Below are positions 47,206-57,039 of a stretch of DNA of 64,000 bases, piece after piece. Under the pieces are notes generated by a model. The model searched no databases and was not told the origin of the DNA. It saw only the letters and a program-made list of their open reading frames with translations. Made by a program: the position numbers and the translations under genes. How positions within the stretch are numbered: the stretch's first letter is position 1; the number at the start of each line of letters is the position of its first letter. This stretch comes from Escherichia virus KFS-EC: sequence record MH560358; one strand, given 5' to 3'.

Positions 47206-49068
47206 TTACATGTGCTTAACGCGGTTTACCATCTCGGAGTGTTTCCCGTGGTTAAATGGACGCAGATCAACAGATCCAAGATATCCACTAACGCGACGGA
47301 TAACATTCATCTTTTCCAGATTGTCATTTCCGCAATCAGGGCAAACAAAACCAGACTCGGTCGCTCTCATTTCCTTATTAGATCCGCATACATGACATAC
47401 ATCAGAAGGAGTATTAACACCGAAGTAGTGCAATTTATCCATTGCATAGTCTACTACAGTTTCAAGACCTTTCAGGTTGTTTTTCATGTCTGGGAACTCA
47501 ACATAAGAGATCATGCCACCGGACGCCAGCCAGTGATAATCTTTCTCAAAGTCGATTTTCTCAAATGGAGTGACTTTCCGGTCTACGTCAAGGTGGAATG
47601 AGTTGGTGTACCAGTCTTTATCGGTAGCACCCTTAACAATACCAAATTGCTCTCTGTCCAGTCGATTAAATCGATAGCAAAGGCTCTCGGCTGGCGTACC
47701 GTAAAGACTAAACCCAAGTCCGGTTTCATCCTTCCATTTTTCAGTATAATGACGCAAGATCTTAAGAATATGTTTACCGTATCGCTGCGCATCTTCCGAA
47801 TCAAACGGATGAACACCAAACAGGACGCTCAATACCTCATGTAAACCAATATATCCAATAGAGATACTAGCGCGACCATCTTTCAACACTTCCAAAATTT
47901 CATCGTTTTGATGAATACGGAAAAATGCACCTTCGGTATACAGTACAGGAGCAACATTGGCTTTAGCGCCTTTTAAAGCGTCTACGCGACTCATGAGCGC
48001 ATCAAAACAAATAGGCATACGATTAGCTAGCTCTTGTTCGAATAGCTCAATTCTGCGCATTACAGACGCTTTACCAGCACGACGCGCGGCAATAAGAGCA
48101 ATACGCGGAAGATTCAGAGTCACAACACCCAAGTTATTACGTCCGTCTAATACTTCTTCGCCTTTCTCATTATGCCACACACCCAGGAAGCTACGACAAC
48201 CCATCGGGCTAACCGGAACACTAGATCCGGTGATACTACGGTTATTCTTCGCAGAGATATAATCAGGGTAAAGACGCTTACTAGAACATTCCAATGCAAG
48301 TTGCTTAATGTCGTAGTTCGGATCTTCCGGTTTAAGGTTTAATCCTTCTTCTAAGAACATCACCAGCTTAGGAAACACCGGAGTGATACCATCTTTACCT
48401 AAACCTTTAGTTCGAACTTTCAGGATCGCTTTCTGAATCAGTTTTTCTTCCCAGCTAGTCCCCATACCAAATGTTAAAGTCACAAAAGGTGTTTGACCGT
48501 TGGTGGAGAACAAAGTGTTGATTTCATATTCCAACGCTTGATACCCGTCTAGCGTTTCTTTTTCTGTCTTCTCTTGTGCATAGAGAGTATCCGCTTTGAT
48601 TCCGTAGGTTTCGGCATCAGCAAGGTGTTTATGATATGTTTTCTCAACGTATGGCGCTAAAACCTGATCGATGTTTGCAATTGTGGTCCCGCCATATTGA
48701 TGACTTGCCACCTGTGCGATAATTTGAGCGGTTACAGCACAAGCAACGCCGATTGATTTCGGACTTTCGATTTGTGCGCTACCCAATTTAAAACCATTCT
48801 CTAACATGTCTTTGAGATTAACAAGACAGCAGTTAGTAAACGGCATAGCGGGTGCATAATCCATATCATGATAATGAATGTCACCGTCTACATGCGCTTT
48901 ATAGATGTGCTCAGGTAACACGGTTTTAGCAATCTGTTTAGACACAGCACCAGCAATCAGATCTCGACGTGTCGGGAATGTTCGCGCGTCTTTGTTCGCG
49001 TTCTCTTTGCTTACTTCGTTTTCTTTACCCGTTGCGATCTCTGTAATGTCTTTGATTAGTTTTTCCAT
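47206..49068 (-). CDS. nrdD: anaerobic ribonucleoside-triphosphate reductase
   Basis: 620 aa (T4 605); C-terminal glycyl-radical motif RVSGYLGS and zinc-ribbon CPDCG...C; uninterrupted (no intron). Confidence 0.92.
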   Translation of the reverse strand: MEKLIKDITEIATGKENEVSKENANKDARTFPTRRDLIAGAVSKQIAKTVLPEHIYKAHVDGDIHYHDMDYAPAMPFTNCCLVNLKDMLENGFKLGSAQIESPKSIGVACAVTAQIIAQVASHQYGGTTIANIDQVLAPYVEKTYHKHLADAETYGIKADTLYAQEKTEKETLDGYQALEYEINTLFSTNGQTPFVTLTFGMGTSWEEKLIQKAILKVRTKGLGKDGITPVFPKLVMFLEEGLNLKPEDPNYDIKQLALECSSKRLYPDYISAKNNRSITGSSVPVSPMGCRSFLGVWHNEKGEEVLDGRNNLGVVTLNLPRIALIAARRAGKASVMRRIELFEQELANRMPICFDALMSRVDALKGAKANVAPVLYTEGAFFRIHQNDEILEVLKDGRASISIGYIGLHEVLSVLFGVHPFDSEDAQRYGKHILKILRHYTEKWKDETGLGFSLYGTPAESLCYRFNRLDREQFGIVKGATDKDWYTNSFHLDVDRKVTPFEKIDFEKDYHWLASGGMISYVEFPDMKNNLKGLETVVDYAMDKLHYFGVNTPSDVCHVCGSNKEMRATESGFVCPDCGNDNLEKMNVIRRVSGYLGSVDLRPFNHGKHSEMVNRVKHM

Positions 49069-49112
49069 TGTATCACCTATGAAAAAGCGGGATTTCTCCC
49101 GCTCGTTGATAG

Positions 49113-49607
49113 TTATTTTACCAGTTCTGCTAATTCTTTTTCCGCCGCTTCCAGTTCAGCTTTCAGTTGTTTGATCTCTTGTCGCTTCTTATTAGCGGCT
49201 TCCTGCTTACTATTTCGGATAATCTGATCTAGATATGAATCCCACTCCTGAATATTTTTGATAATGTAACCGTCAACATTAATTGGTCGTAGATTCAGTA
49301 CAGCTTCCAGTTTAGTCGCAAAAACTTTAATTGCTGGGGTGAAGTATTCATATTCGTTATCTTCAAACCAATAACCTAGACTTGCATTCTCAATACGAAG
49401 ACGAAGTTTAAGATCAAGGTCTTTATCTTCGGTGTAAAGATCTTTCACCTGCCCCATCGAGCTAACAACAACTTTAAAACGAATTTTATCTACACCGCCA
49501 AAAACATCTTCAAGAATATCAGCAATTGAGCTATTAGCGCAAGATTGGTCGCTGAATGCGTCAAGATTTTCTTTAGTTACAGTATACCAAATATCTTGTT
49601 TCCACAT
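49113..49607 (-). CDS. hypothetical protein with C-terminal coiled coil
   Basis: 164-aa ORF downstream of promoter 49633..49666. Confidence 0.5.
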   Translation of the reverse strand: MWKQDIWYTVTKENLDAFSDQSCANSSIADILEDVFGGVDKIRFKVVVSSMGQVKDLYTEDKDLDLKLRLRIENASLGYWFEDNEYEYFTPAIKVFATKLEAVLNLRPINVDGYIIKNIQEWDSYLDQIIRNSKQEAANKKRQEIKQLKAELEAAEKELAELVK

Positions 49608-49632
49608 AATATAATCCTCTCGTTGTTAAGTT

Positions 49633-49666
49633 GGGAGTATTATAGCATACTCCCTTCGCATGTCAA
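49633..49666 (-). promoter_or_regulatory. early sigma70-type promoter with stem-loop over -10 (PeSL-like)
   Basis: minus strand TTGACA-16-TATAAT inside GGGAGTAT..ATACTCCC inverted repeat. Confidence 0.55.
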
Positions 49667-50841
49667 GCACTAACTTTTTTCTTTACTGCTTTCACCTTCT
49701 GGCGAATTGCTCGAATCTCTTCGATCTCTTTTTCAGTCTCTTTAACAATTTCTTTGCGATTCTGAATATCTGTATCTAGATTCTCATCGAGTTTAGGAAG
49801 CATGTCGATCAAGAACTTTTTAAAGTCTTTCAGGTTTCGGATAACAGCACCTTCACCCATTACCGCAACACCCACACCATCCGGCAGATCACCAAACAGC
49901 TTAACCAGTTCAGACAGATGATCATAGTCTTCTAATGCTTCCTCCGGTTCAGATGGCAGTTCAACAAAGTTATAACGTTCATCATTGCTGATCAAGTGAT
50001 ACCAGCAAAGCCCGAAAGATTTCGGTGTATATTCTACACCATCAATTTCAACCGCGTCAACACTTCCATAATCATCTACTTTAGTTACCTTAAATCCTTG
50101 TCCCAGCTTTTGAACAATTTCAACAACATGACTTGATACAGTTTCAGCGGTAAACCAATATGGCAAATTATGCTGATTTGGCTTGTAGCGTTCACCTACT
50201 TTAAATCTCTGACCATCCGCTTGCATAGCATGAAATTGTTGTTTCGTGATTTCCGCGAAGTATTCAAATTCGCTACCGTCAAACAAGCAATTCCATTGAC
50301 CACAAAAACGGTCCGCCTTGACGGTTTCACCTTTCGCGGTGATCATGGTAGCTGATCCGTGCAATTCTTCTTCAACTAAAAAGCCATATTCGACAAAATC
50401 AACAAGTTTCATAGCTTCTTTGTGATCTGGATCATGCTCTCCCCAGAATCTCTTAAATTCTTGCAAACCTTCTGGTGTAAACGAATAACATTTACCTTTT
50501 TCAAAGTAAGTCGGCATTGCATCCTCTTTCTTGTTCATCGCTTCGTATGCCTCTTTTGATATACGTTTAAAGTATTTGCGCTCATTGTGCATAATCATAG
50601 TAGACCAATAATAAACGATATCCTCAGCGGAATAAACTACATCTCCAGCTTCAATAGTAATAACATGACCGTGGTCATCTTTTTCTAATACTTTAAAGCC
50701 CTTTTCGACGATTTCAGCAACCCGAATATGACCACGGCGCGAAGCATCGGTCAGAATAATTGAATAGCGAGAAAAGTCTAGAAACTCATCTTTACCGCCT
50801 TCACGGAATGCATAGTAATGACCTTCAAAGAATTTAGCCAT
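49663..50841 (-). CDS. hypothetical protein with three copies of the repeat module and a coiled-coil tail
   Basis: 392 aa; modules related to those in 43478..45266; GAGGA RBS. Confidence 0.55.
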   Translation of the reverse strand: MAKFFEGHYYAFREGGKDEFLDFSRYSIILTDASRRGHIRVAEIVEKGFKVLEKDDHGHVITIEAGDVVYSAEDIVYYWSTMIMHNERKYFKRISKEAYEAMNKKEDAMPTYFEKGKCYSFTPEGLQEFKRFWGEHDPDHKEAMKLVDFVEYGFLVEEELHGSATMITAKGETVKADRFCGQWNCLFDGSEFEYFAEITKQQFHAMQADGQRFKVGERYKPNQHNLPYWFTAETVSSHVVEIVQKLGQGFKVTKVDDYGSVDAVEIDGVEYTPKSFGLCWYHLISNDERYNFVELPSEPEEALEDYDHLSELVKLFGDLPDGVGVAVMGEGAVIRNLKDFKKFLIDMLPKLDENLDTDIQNRKEIVKETEKEIEEIRAIRQKVKAVKKKVSA

Positions 50842-50866
50842 AATAGAATCCTCTCGTTGTTTATAT

Positions 50867-50901
50867 GGGAGTATCTTACTACTCCCATTTCATGCTGTCA
50901 A
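50867..50901 (-). promoter_or_regulatory. early sigma70-type promoter with stem-loop over -10 (PeSL-like)
   Basis: minus strand TTGACA-17-TAAGAT inside GGGAGTA..TACTCCC inverted repeat; near-identical to element at 7096..7130. Confidence 0.55.
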
Positions 50902-50904
50902 CTA

Positions 50905-51378
50905 CTATCTTAATCTTTGTATAAATTGTTTCTTATACTTCTTCGTGATCTCTTCTCTTGTATCAGCGTCACAATAATCGAAACCTTCTGCGTCCATAAT
51001 AGCAAGCATCTCCGCGCGTGTCAAGCGTGAAAATCGTTTTACTTTATCAACAGCATATTGAGGATGTAAATGATTGTCGGTGTAGTCTCCTTTGATGTAA
51101 TTAACATAGTTTGTAGCCCAAACAACGAAATCAGCACCTAAAGCACCAACACCAAACCGTTTAAAGTCTCCGGTCAACGATCCTTCTAGGCGGTTGCAAC
51201 ACGAATGAAGCAATCCCCTTACGCGGCCTTGCCCTTTACCATCGAGATCGTGGTCGTGGTCAAGATGGTTTTTGCTCATATCCTCAAAAAGTGGCAATTG
51301 ACAAAGGGGGCAAATGCCCCCCTGTTTTTCGAATAGTTCTTGTTTGTACTCTTTAGCACTCTTAGCAGTCAGTAACAT
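50905..51378 (-). CDS. 49: recombination endonuclease VII (Holliday junction resolvase), gp49 homolog
   Basis: 157 aa from ATG 51378 (GGAGGG RBS); CPLC...NHLDHDH...GKGQGRVRGLL...CN motif block as in T4 Endo VII. Confidence 0.88.
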   Translation of the reverse strand: MLLTAKSAKEYKQELFEKQGGICPLCQLPLFEDMSKNHLDHDHDLDGKGQGRVRGLLHSCCNRLEGSLTGDFKRFGVGALGADFVVWATNYVNYIKGDYTDNHLHPQYAVDKVKRFSRLTRAEMLAIMDAEGFDYCDADTREEITKKYKKQFIQRLR

Positions 51379-51402
51379 AAATTCACCCTCCAAAGAAGGT
51401 AT

Positions 51403-51696
51403 TTAACCATTAATCTTGTTTTTGACTACAAAGGATCGGAACTCATCAAAACCACCGATATAATCACCATTATAGAAAATCTGCGGCATGGTGGCAATAA
51501 CTTCTACCCCTGCGCGATCCTGAATATCGGCAATGATATAATCAATCTTTACCGGACGACCGTTTTCGTCCACACCATCATTAACCGGAATGTAGATGTA
51601 AGGGATCTTACGCGCTTCACAAAGGCGCTTTGCATTCTGGCAATACTTACAGTTGTAACCTTCAAAACCAAAAATTTCTACCATGTTATACCTCAA
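51403..51696 (-). CDS. nrdC: thioredoxin/glutaredoxin NrdC
   Basis: 97 aa; CKYCQNAKRL redox motif and TMPQ.F..G..IGGFD as in T4 NrdC. Confidence 0.8.
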   Translation of the reverse strand: MRYNMVEIFGFEGYNCKYCQNAKRLCEARKIPYIYIPVNDGVDENGRPVKIDYIIADIQDRAGVEVIATMPQIFYNGDYIGGFDEFRSFVVKNKING

Positions 51697-52505
51697 TCTA
51701 CGTTAGTTACATAAACTTCTTGCGTATCAGAAGACTTACCACCTGAACGATCTAGGCAATAGGTCTTATTCAACAGGACGCAGTTTAAATCATTCCGCTT
51801 GATAAAGTCAAGGAGATGATCATTTACCTTTCCCTTATGATGTGTGACATTACTGATACCAAACCGAAAACCACGCTCCATAATAGATTCTACCCACTGA
51901 TAGAATTTAATCTCTTCCTCGTCACTCCAGAACTTATTATATTCCGCAGAAGTGATAAGGTACGGCGGGTCCAAATAAACGAAATCACCTGGCAAGATCT
52001 CGATCTCGTCATAGCGACCAGACGTAAAACTGATTCGACCGTCTTTGTTTTCTTCCTTAAAATTCAGGACACGCTCTACCGCGTTTTCGTTAAAAGTCCG
52101 GCGACCAAAATTAGCATTAAATTCTCCCTTCCTGTTATGGCGGTTAATGTTGCTAAAACTGTGCTGAATCAGAACAAACAGAGATAGCGGATCTGGATTC
52201 TCGTTATACTTCTTGCGGAATGCCATATAAGAATCTTTATCATCACGAGACAAACCATTTTCGGCAATGATACGCTTGATCGTAGAAACCGGATCAGGAC
52301 ACTCGTCAATCTCTTTGTACGCGTCAATTAAGCGGTGATCATAGTCATTAGCCAGAACATCCCCTTCGACGTACAGAGACACGCTCAAGCCGCCACAAAA
52401 GGCATCAACAAAGCGGTTATAGTGCTTAGGGAAATACTTACTAACACTAGGCAATAACTTTTCCTTATTGCCAGTATAGGGAATTAAACCTAATGCTTTC
52501 TTCAT
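51693..52505 (-). CDS. dam: DNA adenine methyltransferase (Dam)
   Basis: 270 aa from ATG 52505 (TAATG coupling with upstream gene); motifs YTGNK, FVD.FCGGLSV, DFVYLDPPY, YNKFWS.EEE as in T4 Dam. Confidence 0.9.
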   Translation of the reverse strand: MKKALGLIPYTGNKEKLLPSVSKYFPKHYNRFVDAFCGGLSVSLYVEGDVLANDYDHRLIDAYKEIDECPDPVSTIKRIIAENGLSRDDKDSYMAFRKKYNENPDPLSLFVLIQHSFSNINRHNRKGEFNANFGRRTFNENAVERVLNFKEENKDGRISFTSGRYDEIEILPGDFVYLDPPYLITSAEYNKFWSDEEEIKFYQWVESIMERGFRFGISNVTHHKGKVNDHLLDFIKRNDLNCVLLNKTYCLDRSGGKSSDTQEVYVTNVD

Positions 52506-52936
52506 TATCCCTTCCTCAAATAAGTTCTCTCGATCTCTACCAGTTCGAAAAATTCTTGCCAATCACACGGAAAATTGCAGTTTCCGAAATGATCCTCTTT
52601 GTAAAGTTCTTTACCGGATGGCAGCTTAATATCTGTTACGCTGTAGTATCCGCAACAATCGCAATCACCATCTGTATATTCTGTTTTAGTCGGAATATCC
52701 ATCATTGCCAGATACAAAGGTACATCGTCTTGCTCAAAGTTCATGTAACCTTCATGGTCGAATGAAACAAAGTTATCATCGCCACCGAAAGGGATATAAT
52801 GGTCATAATCGGTTACAGGTTGACCGTGCAATTCCCATTCTACAATTTTAACATTACCACTAAACTTTATACCCATAATTTCAACAAGAAAATGAGTATC
52901 GTCAATGTAAATCTTACTAGGGGTTGGATAAACCAT
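52505..52936 (-). CDS. hypothetical Cys-rich protein
   Basis: 143-aa ORF translationally coupled to dam. Confidence 0.5.
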   Translation of the reverse strand: MVYPTPSKIYIDDTHFLVEIMGIKFSGNVKIVEWELHGQPVTDYDHYIPFGGDDNFVSFDHEGYMNFEQDDVPLYLAMMDIPTKTEYTDGDCDCCGYYSVTDIKLPSGKELYKEDHFGNCNFPCDWQEFFELVEIERTYLRKG

Positions 52937-52946
52937 TATATAATCC

Positions 52947-53243
52947 TCATATCTCAGAGAATAGAATCTCTGTTAGCTTCACTGACTGCTCTCTGAATGT
53001 TAGCGTATACTCGAAAGGAAAGTCAACACCCAACTTCAAAAGAGAATAGCCTACATCCTCTTTATGCTTATCGGTTAGGGCAATCCTAACCAATTCCCGT
53101 TGAATCTCTTTAGGCGGTGAATGGATAGTAACACGGGTATCATGCAATGTCCAGTCACCATTACGAATCAAGATTAACGGTTTATCGTCATTGAAGATCA
53201 CCGACCCCTTTCCGGTCGGTGAGTGTTTTATACTAATCATCAA
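52947..53243 (-). CDS. hypothetical protein
   Basis: 98-aa ORF. Confidence 0.45.
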   Translation of the reverse strand: MMISIKHSPTGKGSVIFNDDKPLILIRNGDWTLHDTRVTIHSPPKEIQRELVRIALTDKHKEDVGYSLLKLGVDFPFEYTLTFREQSVKLTEILFSEI

Positions 53244-53454
53244 ATTCTAAGAAATATTCTGGAACGATATACCCGTTAAAGTCATTGCACTTATAAAAAC
53301 GTGGTGCATTCAATGCTGAATGAGCATTAGTAAAGAGTTTACCCTCTAGAAACAGAATGTAATTAATAGGTCTAATACCGACAGAATCAGGGTCTAAACC
53401 TTTTTCTTTCAGTTCAGCCAGCGTTAAAACTCGGCCAGATCGTAACTTAGCCAT
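53233..53454 (-). CDS. hypothetical small protein
   Basis: 73-aa ORF. Confidence 0.4.
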   Translation of the reverse strand: MAKLRSGRVLTLAELKEKGLDPDSVGIRPINYILFLEGKLFTNAHSALNAPRFYKCNDFNGYIVPEYFLEFDD

Positions 53455-53740
53455 GATTTACCCCTAATTCATCAAGATTATGTCGCAGCATTTCAGAGTA
53501 TTTTTCTACTTCCTTGATCTTAGTGTGGATCTCCACGATCTCATCTTCACTATCAGAAAGTTTAATGGCAATTGCTAGCATGCTTTTACCAGCTTTCATA
53601 GTCTCTTTCCGTTCAACCAATAGATCCGCGTGTTTCAGTAGCAGTTCTTCACGTCGAACATAAGCAACAGTTAGAGCTTCATCAGCGATTTCTAAAGCAT
53701 TTTCAGCGACACCAACAACCATTTTACGAGTAGACAGCAT
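53447..53740 (-). CDS. hypothetical protein
   Basis: 97-aa ORF. Confidence 0.45.
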   Translation of the reverse strand: MLSTRKMVVGVAENALEIADEALTVAYVRREELLLKHADLLVERKETMKAGKSMLAIAIKLSDSEDEIVEIHTKIKEVEKYSEMLRHNLDELGVNHG

Positions 53741-53754
53741 AAATTCACCTCACA

Positions 53755-54063
53755 TTATTTCACGTTAACGCCGTCATCAATCCAGCCGACGCTATTTGGT
53801 TTAACAGTTTTACCATAGGATGCATACTTAATCAAGCATGGTTTAACATCATTATCAAATCTTCCTAAACGTACTCCCAAATCAGGAATATCCATGTATG
53901 CGGCTTTATATCCCCATGTGCCATATTCAGAATCAATCTCAACCGGACGGCCTTTAAAAGCATACACTACACCGTGACGGTCAACGATAACATAACAATA
54001 ACCAGCCGGAAGATACACAGTTTCGCCGTAAACTTTAACTGGAGTAGCAGAAGAGATAAACAT
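53755..54063 (-). CDS. hypothetical protein
   Basis: 102-aa ORF. Confidence 0.45.
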   Translation of the reverse strand: MFISSATPVKVYGETVYLPAGYCYVIVDRHGVVYAFKGRPVEIDSEYGTWGYKAAYMDIPDLGVRLGRFDNDVKPCLIKYASYGKTVKPNSVGWIDDGVNVK

Positions 54064-54132
54064 AATATAATCCTCACATCGTTCATTTGATGCGGTTATT
54101 ATATGATAACCGCATTTTCATGTCAACAGTTT

Positions 54133-54441
54133 TTAAAAATCTTCTTCCGGTTTATATCGACCGTCATCGACTGGTTTTGGACTGAATCCTTTATGCGTGC
54201 GCGGCTTCGCTTCCGGTTTACCAGCAATCATCAAACCAAAACATTTCAGCCCCTTATAACACATAACAATATCAACCACGGTCCACGTTATAGGCCATAC
54301 GATTGCAGCAATACAAAATGCTCCTGTATCGACCTCTTTGGTGTCCTTGTCGAATCTGGCGTACAAGCAGAATACTAGATACGAGATCATTGCACCAGTA
54401 GTCCAGATATAAAGCACATTAACAATATCTTGTGTTGTCAC
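54133..54441 (-). CDS. hypothetical membrane protein
   Basis: GTG 54441 with AAGGAGG RBS (5-nt spacing); two TM segments; track ORF (to 54555) would overlap the upstream gene by 100 nt. Confidence 0.4.
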   Translation of the reverse strand: MTTQDIVNVLYIWTTGAMISYLVFCLYARFDKDTKEVDTGAFCIAAIVWPITWTVVDIVMCYKGLKCFGLMIAGKPEAKPRTHKGFSPKPVDDGRYKPEEDF

Positions 54442-54451
54442 ATTATCCTCC

Positions 54452-54730
54452 TTACATGTCTTGCAGTGCATAAAAGCATTTTTCTTCATAGTCATAGAAA
54501 ATGTCAAAGTATGCTTTTTCCACATACTCGCCATTAATCCAAGCGGCAGTAACAATCAGAGTGGTCCAGTTAGATCCGCTCTCAACGGTAAAGGTTTTAA
54601 TACCCAGCTTCGCTGCCAAGTCGAACGCAAACCGGACGCAACCACGGCAGGAAGTGATATTGGAAGTTTTGATTTTAAAGCCACCGCGAGTTTTAGAAAT
54701 TTCTACTTTAGCGAAAGACAGGTTGATCAT
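54452..54730 (-). CDS. hypothetical protein
   Basis: ATG 54730 with GGAG RBS downstream of promoter 54772..54801. Confidence 0.45.
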   Translation of the reverse strand: MINLSFAKVEISKTRGGFKIKTSNITSCRGCVRFAFDLAAKLGIKTFTVESGSNWTTLIVTAAWINGEYVEKAYFDIFYDYEEKCFYALQDM

Positions 54731-54771
54731 TTTGATTCTCCTTAAGAAAGTGTGTTTCGTTTTGATGTGTG

Positions 54772-54801
54772 TAGTATAGGGGATCACCGATCCCCTGTCA
54801 A
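54772..54801 (-). promoter_or_regulatory. early sigma70-type promoter with palindromic spacer (PeSL-like)
   Basis: minus strand TTGACA + GGGGATCGGTGATCCCC + TATACT. Confidence 0.6.
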
Positions 54802-54810
54802 CAACTTTTT

Positions 54811-55140
54811 TTATGATTTTAGTGAATTAACCACTACATCAAAATGATGTACAGAGCACACCTTACGAAACACATATTCATCATGTTTCGGAATCGCCCC
54901 CAACCGCTTTATTTCGCTCGCCGACACGATAAACCGTTTATCAGGTGCATTTACCTTATATGCTTCAACAACGCACGGAAAACGCGTTTTAGAGAGTTCG
55001 GGATAGTTTTCTGACTCCATCAGGACAATGAATACCCTATTACATTGATTGTAGAATCCGGTTTTTGATTTCATCAAGTTTTCTTCTCTGTGAAATTCGT
55101 GCAATCTTCCTTTCATGATTTCGTTGGTTCTCGTCTTCAC
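54811..55140 (-). CDS. hypothetical protein (start uncertain)
   Basis: 109-aa track ORF; overlaps upstream ORF by 100 nt, so a later in-frame start (55074 or 55020) is likely. Confidence 0.4.
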   Translation of the reverse strand: MKTRTNEIMKGRLHEFHREENLMKSKTGFYNQCNRVFIVLMESENYPELSKTRFPCVVEAYKVNAPDKRFIVSASEIKRLGAIPKHDEYVFRKVCSVHHFDVVVNSLKS

Positions 55141-55381
55141 AGTTTACCCACTCAACAAGGTCTTTACCTAACTCGAAAGCCCATTCTCGGTCCTGCTTTA
55201 CGTTTTGTAGGTATGGACTTTCCGACACTCGACGAAGTGATCTTGTCGTAACAAGAATGATCCCAGGAATGTTCGGATGTTCCTTTCCATATACAATAGG
55301 ACGCGAGTCACTATCAATACCCTGTAAGAAGGTGTATCCCGAATCACTTAGGATCATATACATTTTCATTTCATCCATCAC
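55040..55381 (-). CDS. hypothetical protein
   Basis: 113-aa ORF. Confidence 0.45.
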   Translation of the reverse strand: MMDEMKMYMILSDSGYTFLQGIDSDSRPIVYGKEHPNIPGIILVTTRSLRRVSESPYLQNVKQDREWAFELGKDLVEWVNCEDENQRNHERKIARISQRRKLDEIKNRILQSM

Positions 55382-55638
55382 AGTTTCCTCAACCAGTTAT
55401 TAAAGCGAGTAAACCATGATGCTTTTCGTGCTTCTTCTTCGGCTTTGCACGCACGCAAACCACTGAAACACCATTCATAATCATCACTGAAACATGATTC
55501 AACAGGAACACCCGCATTTCGTAGTTCTCTGGTCGTTATCATGAATCCTTGACATAATGGGCGACCTTCAACAATGATAGGAAGTTTAACTTTTTCCATG
55601 AAAGTATACCCAGCACGGTCAATAATTTCAATCTTCAT
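55378..55638 (-). CDS. hypothetical small protein, MKIEIID family member 1
   Basis: 86 aa; MKIEIIDRAGYTFMEKVKLPIIVEGR...; paralog of 55657..55854 and 57973..58194. Confidence 0.5.
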   Translation of the reverse strand: MKIEIIDRAGYTFMEKVKLPIIVEGRPLCQGFMITTRELRNAGVPVESCFSDDYEWCFSGLRACKAEEEARKASWFTRFNNWLRKL

Positions 55639-55656
55639 AATATAATCCTCAATTAG

Positions 55657-55854
55657 TTATACCGCCCAGGCTTCATTTGCACGAAAACACCATTCATACT
55701 CAGGAAAATAACCTTTAATTGGTACGCCAGCTTTTTGTAGTTCCTGCGTTTCTACAAGATAATCAAGCCCATATCGACGACCTTCCACGATGATAGGAAG
55801 TTTAACGCCATTCATGAAAGAAAATCCACCATCATCAATAATTTCAATTTTCAT
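55657..55854 (-). CDS. hypothetical small protein, MKIEIID family member 2
   Basis: 65 aa; MKIEIIDDGGFSFMNGVKLPIIVEGR... Confidence 0.5.
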   Translation of the reverse strand: MKIEIIDDGGFSFMNGVKLPIIVEGRRYGLDYLVETQELQKAGVPIKGYFPEYEWCFRANEAWAV

Positions 55855-56099
55855 TTGACATTATCTCCATAGATCTTTCCATCAATATCAATTTCACCAG
55901 CGCGAACATCTAGGATAAGATGTGGTAGGTGTATGCAGTTTTCCCACCCTACGCGCTTCATTTCTTCTACGGTAACGTAAGCCCATCCGTTCGCTGTAAT
56001 AAAGTCTACTTCAACCTTGAGAGGAAAGCAAGACTTTTCTATGTCTTCGAATCCGATAATGTGTTTTGTCGTTGAATATGGAATATATCCGGTGATCAT
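55851..56099 (-). CDS. hypothetical small protein
   Basis: 82-aa ORF. Confidence 0.4.
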   Translation of the reverse strand: MITGYIPYSTTKHIIGFEDIEKSCFPLKVEVDFITANGWAYVTVEEMKRVGWENCIHLPHLILDVRAGEIDIDGKIYGDNVK

Positions 56100-56557
56100 T
56101 TTGTGATCTCCTTATACTCAACACACCATAAGCGGGTAGCCCATGATAAACGCTCATAACGCTGGCAGAAATCGGACCATAGATATTGTGCACCGTTCGG
56201 CATAGTTGAAATATGCGTTTTCTCACCTACTTTCACGAAAGAAGTATTCGATTTTGTGATCTCGACCGGAGTATATCCGAAAGCTGGTTCCAAGTCAACA
56301 TCTGAACTAAATGCTAATTTAACAGAATTTGTTTTTCTGACCGCTGTCCTGTTTCCTTCCGGGTATAACACAGCAGGTTTAGCGCCTAAGCGGATAAACT
56401 CAGTATTTTTAATGAACAGAATATCATGATAACCGTCATATTCCGACACTTCCATAGTAACAGGAAAATCGATATGTGCTAAACCTGGTAGATCTCGCAT
56501 ATCATGAAATGTAGCCATAAGCTTTTTCATTCTATATTCCTCACTCTTCTGTTTCAT
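56096..56557 (-). CDS. hypothetical protein
   Basis: 153-aa ORF. Confidence 0.5.
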   Translation of the reverse strand: MKQKSEEYRMKKLMATFHDMRDLPGLAHIDFPVTMEVSEYDGYHDILFIKNTEFIRLGAKPAVLYPEGNRTAVRKTNSVKLAFSSDVDLEPAFGYTPVEITKSNTSFVKVGEKTHISTMPNGAQYLWSDFCQRYERLSWATRLWCVEYKEITK

Positions 56558-56738
56558 TTCTTTTATATGGTACTATAACAGGATTAATACAGCAAGCACC
56601 AATTACGTTATGAGCACCACAATTTAAACATTTATAGTCATGGAACTTATTAAGGAATCGACCAAACTCATAGCCGACTAACGCCGCATGTACTTGAGTC
56701 TCGATCTCATCCATATCAGCCAATGTTTTAACCTTCAT
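56541..56738 (-). CDS. hypothetical small Cys-containing protein
   Basis: ATG 56738 with GAGGA RBS; track ORF start (56777) overlaps upstream gene. Confidence 0.4.
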   Translation of the reverse strand: MKVKTLADMDEIETQVHAALVGYEFGRFLNKFHDYKCLNCGAHNVIGACCINPVIVPYKRNETEE

Positions 56739-56748
56739 AATATAATCC

Positions 56749-57039
56749 TCAAATTGTAGTTTTGCGAAGATGGTCATTACATGCTTTTAATGCATCGGTC
56801 GCGGTGTCATAGCGAGTATTATCATAGCACCAATAACCATCTGTCAACTGATAAATTAATCCATCCTTTTTAGCTTCGATGAAAGACAATTCTTTGAAAG
56901 TTTCTACTTTCTTTGCTGATACTCCACGGTCACGGCGCTTATAGAGTTTAGCCAAAATGCGTTCAGCTTGTTCCTCTTTATCACCAGACAGATCCCAGAT
57001 GATGTTTCGGATATGCTTGATTAATTGTTCAGTGGTCAT
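56749..57039 (-). CDS. hypothetical protein
   Basis: 96-aa ORF downstream of promoter 57069..57096. Confidence 0.45.
   Translation of the reverse strand: MTTEQLIKHIRNIIWDLSGDKEEQAERILAKLYKRRDRGVSAKKVETFKELSFIEAKKDGLIYQLTDGYWCYDNTRYDTATDALKACNDHLRKTTI

Noticed and set aside
47206-49068. Group I intron or embedded homing endonuclease in nrdD as in T4
   Set aside because: nrdD reads as a single uninterrupted 620-aa ORF with intact glycyl-radical C-terminus
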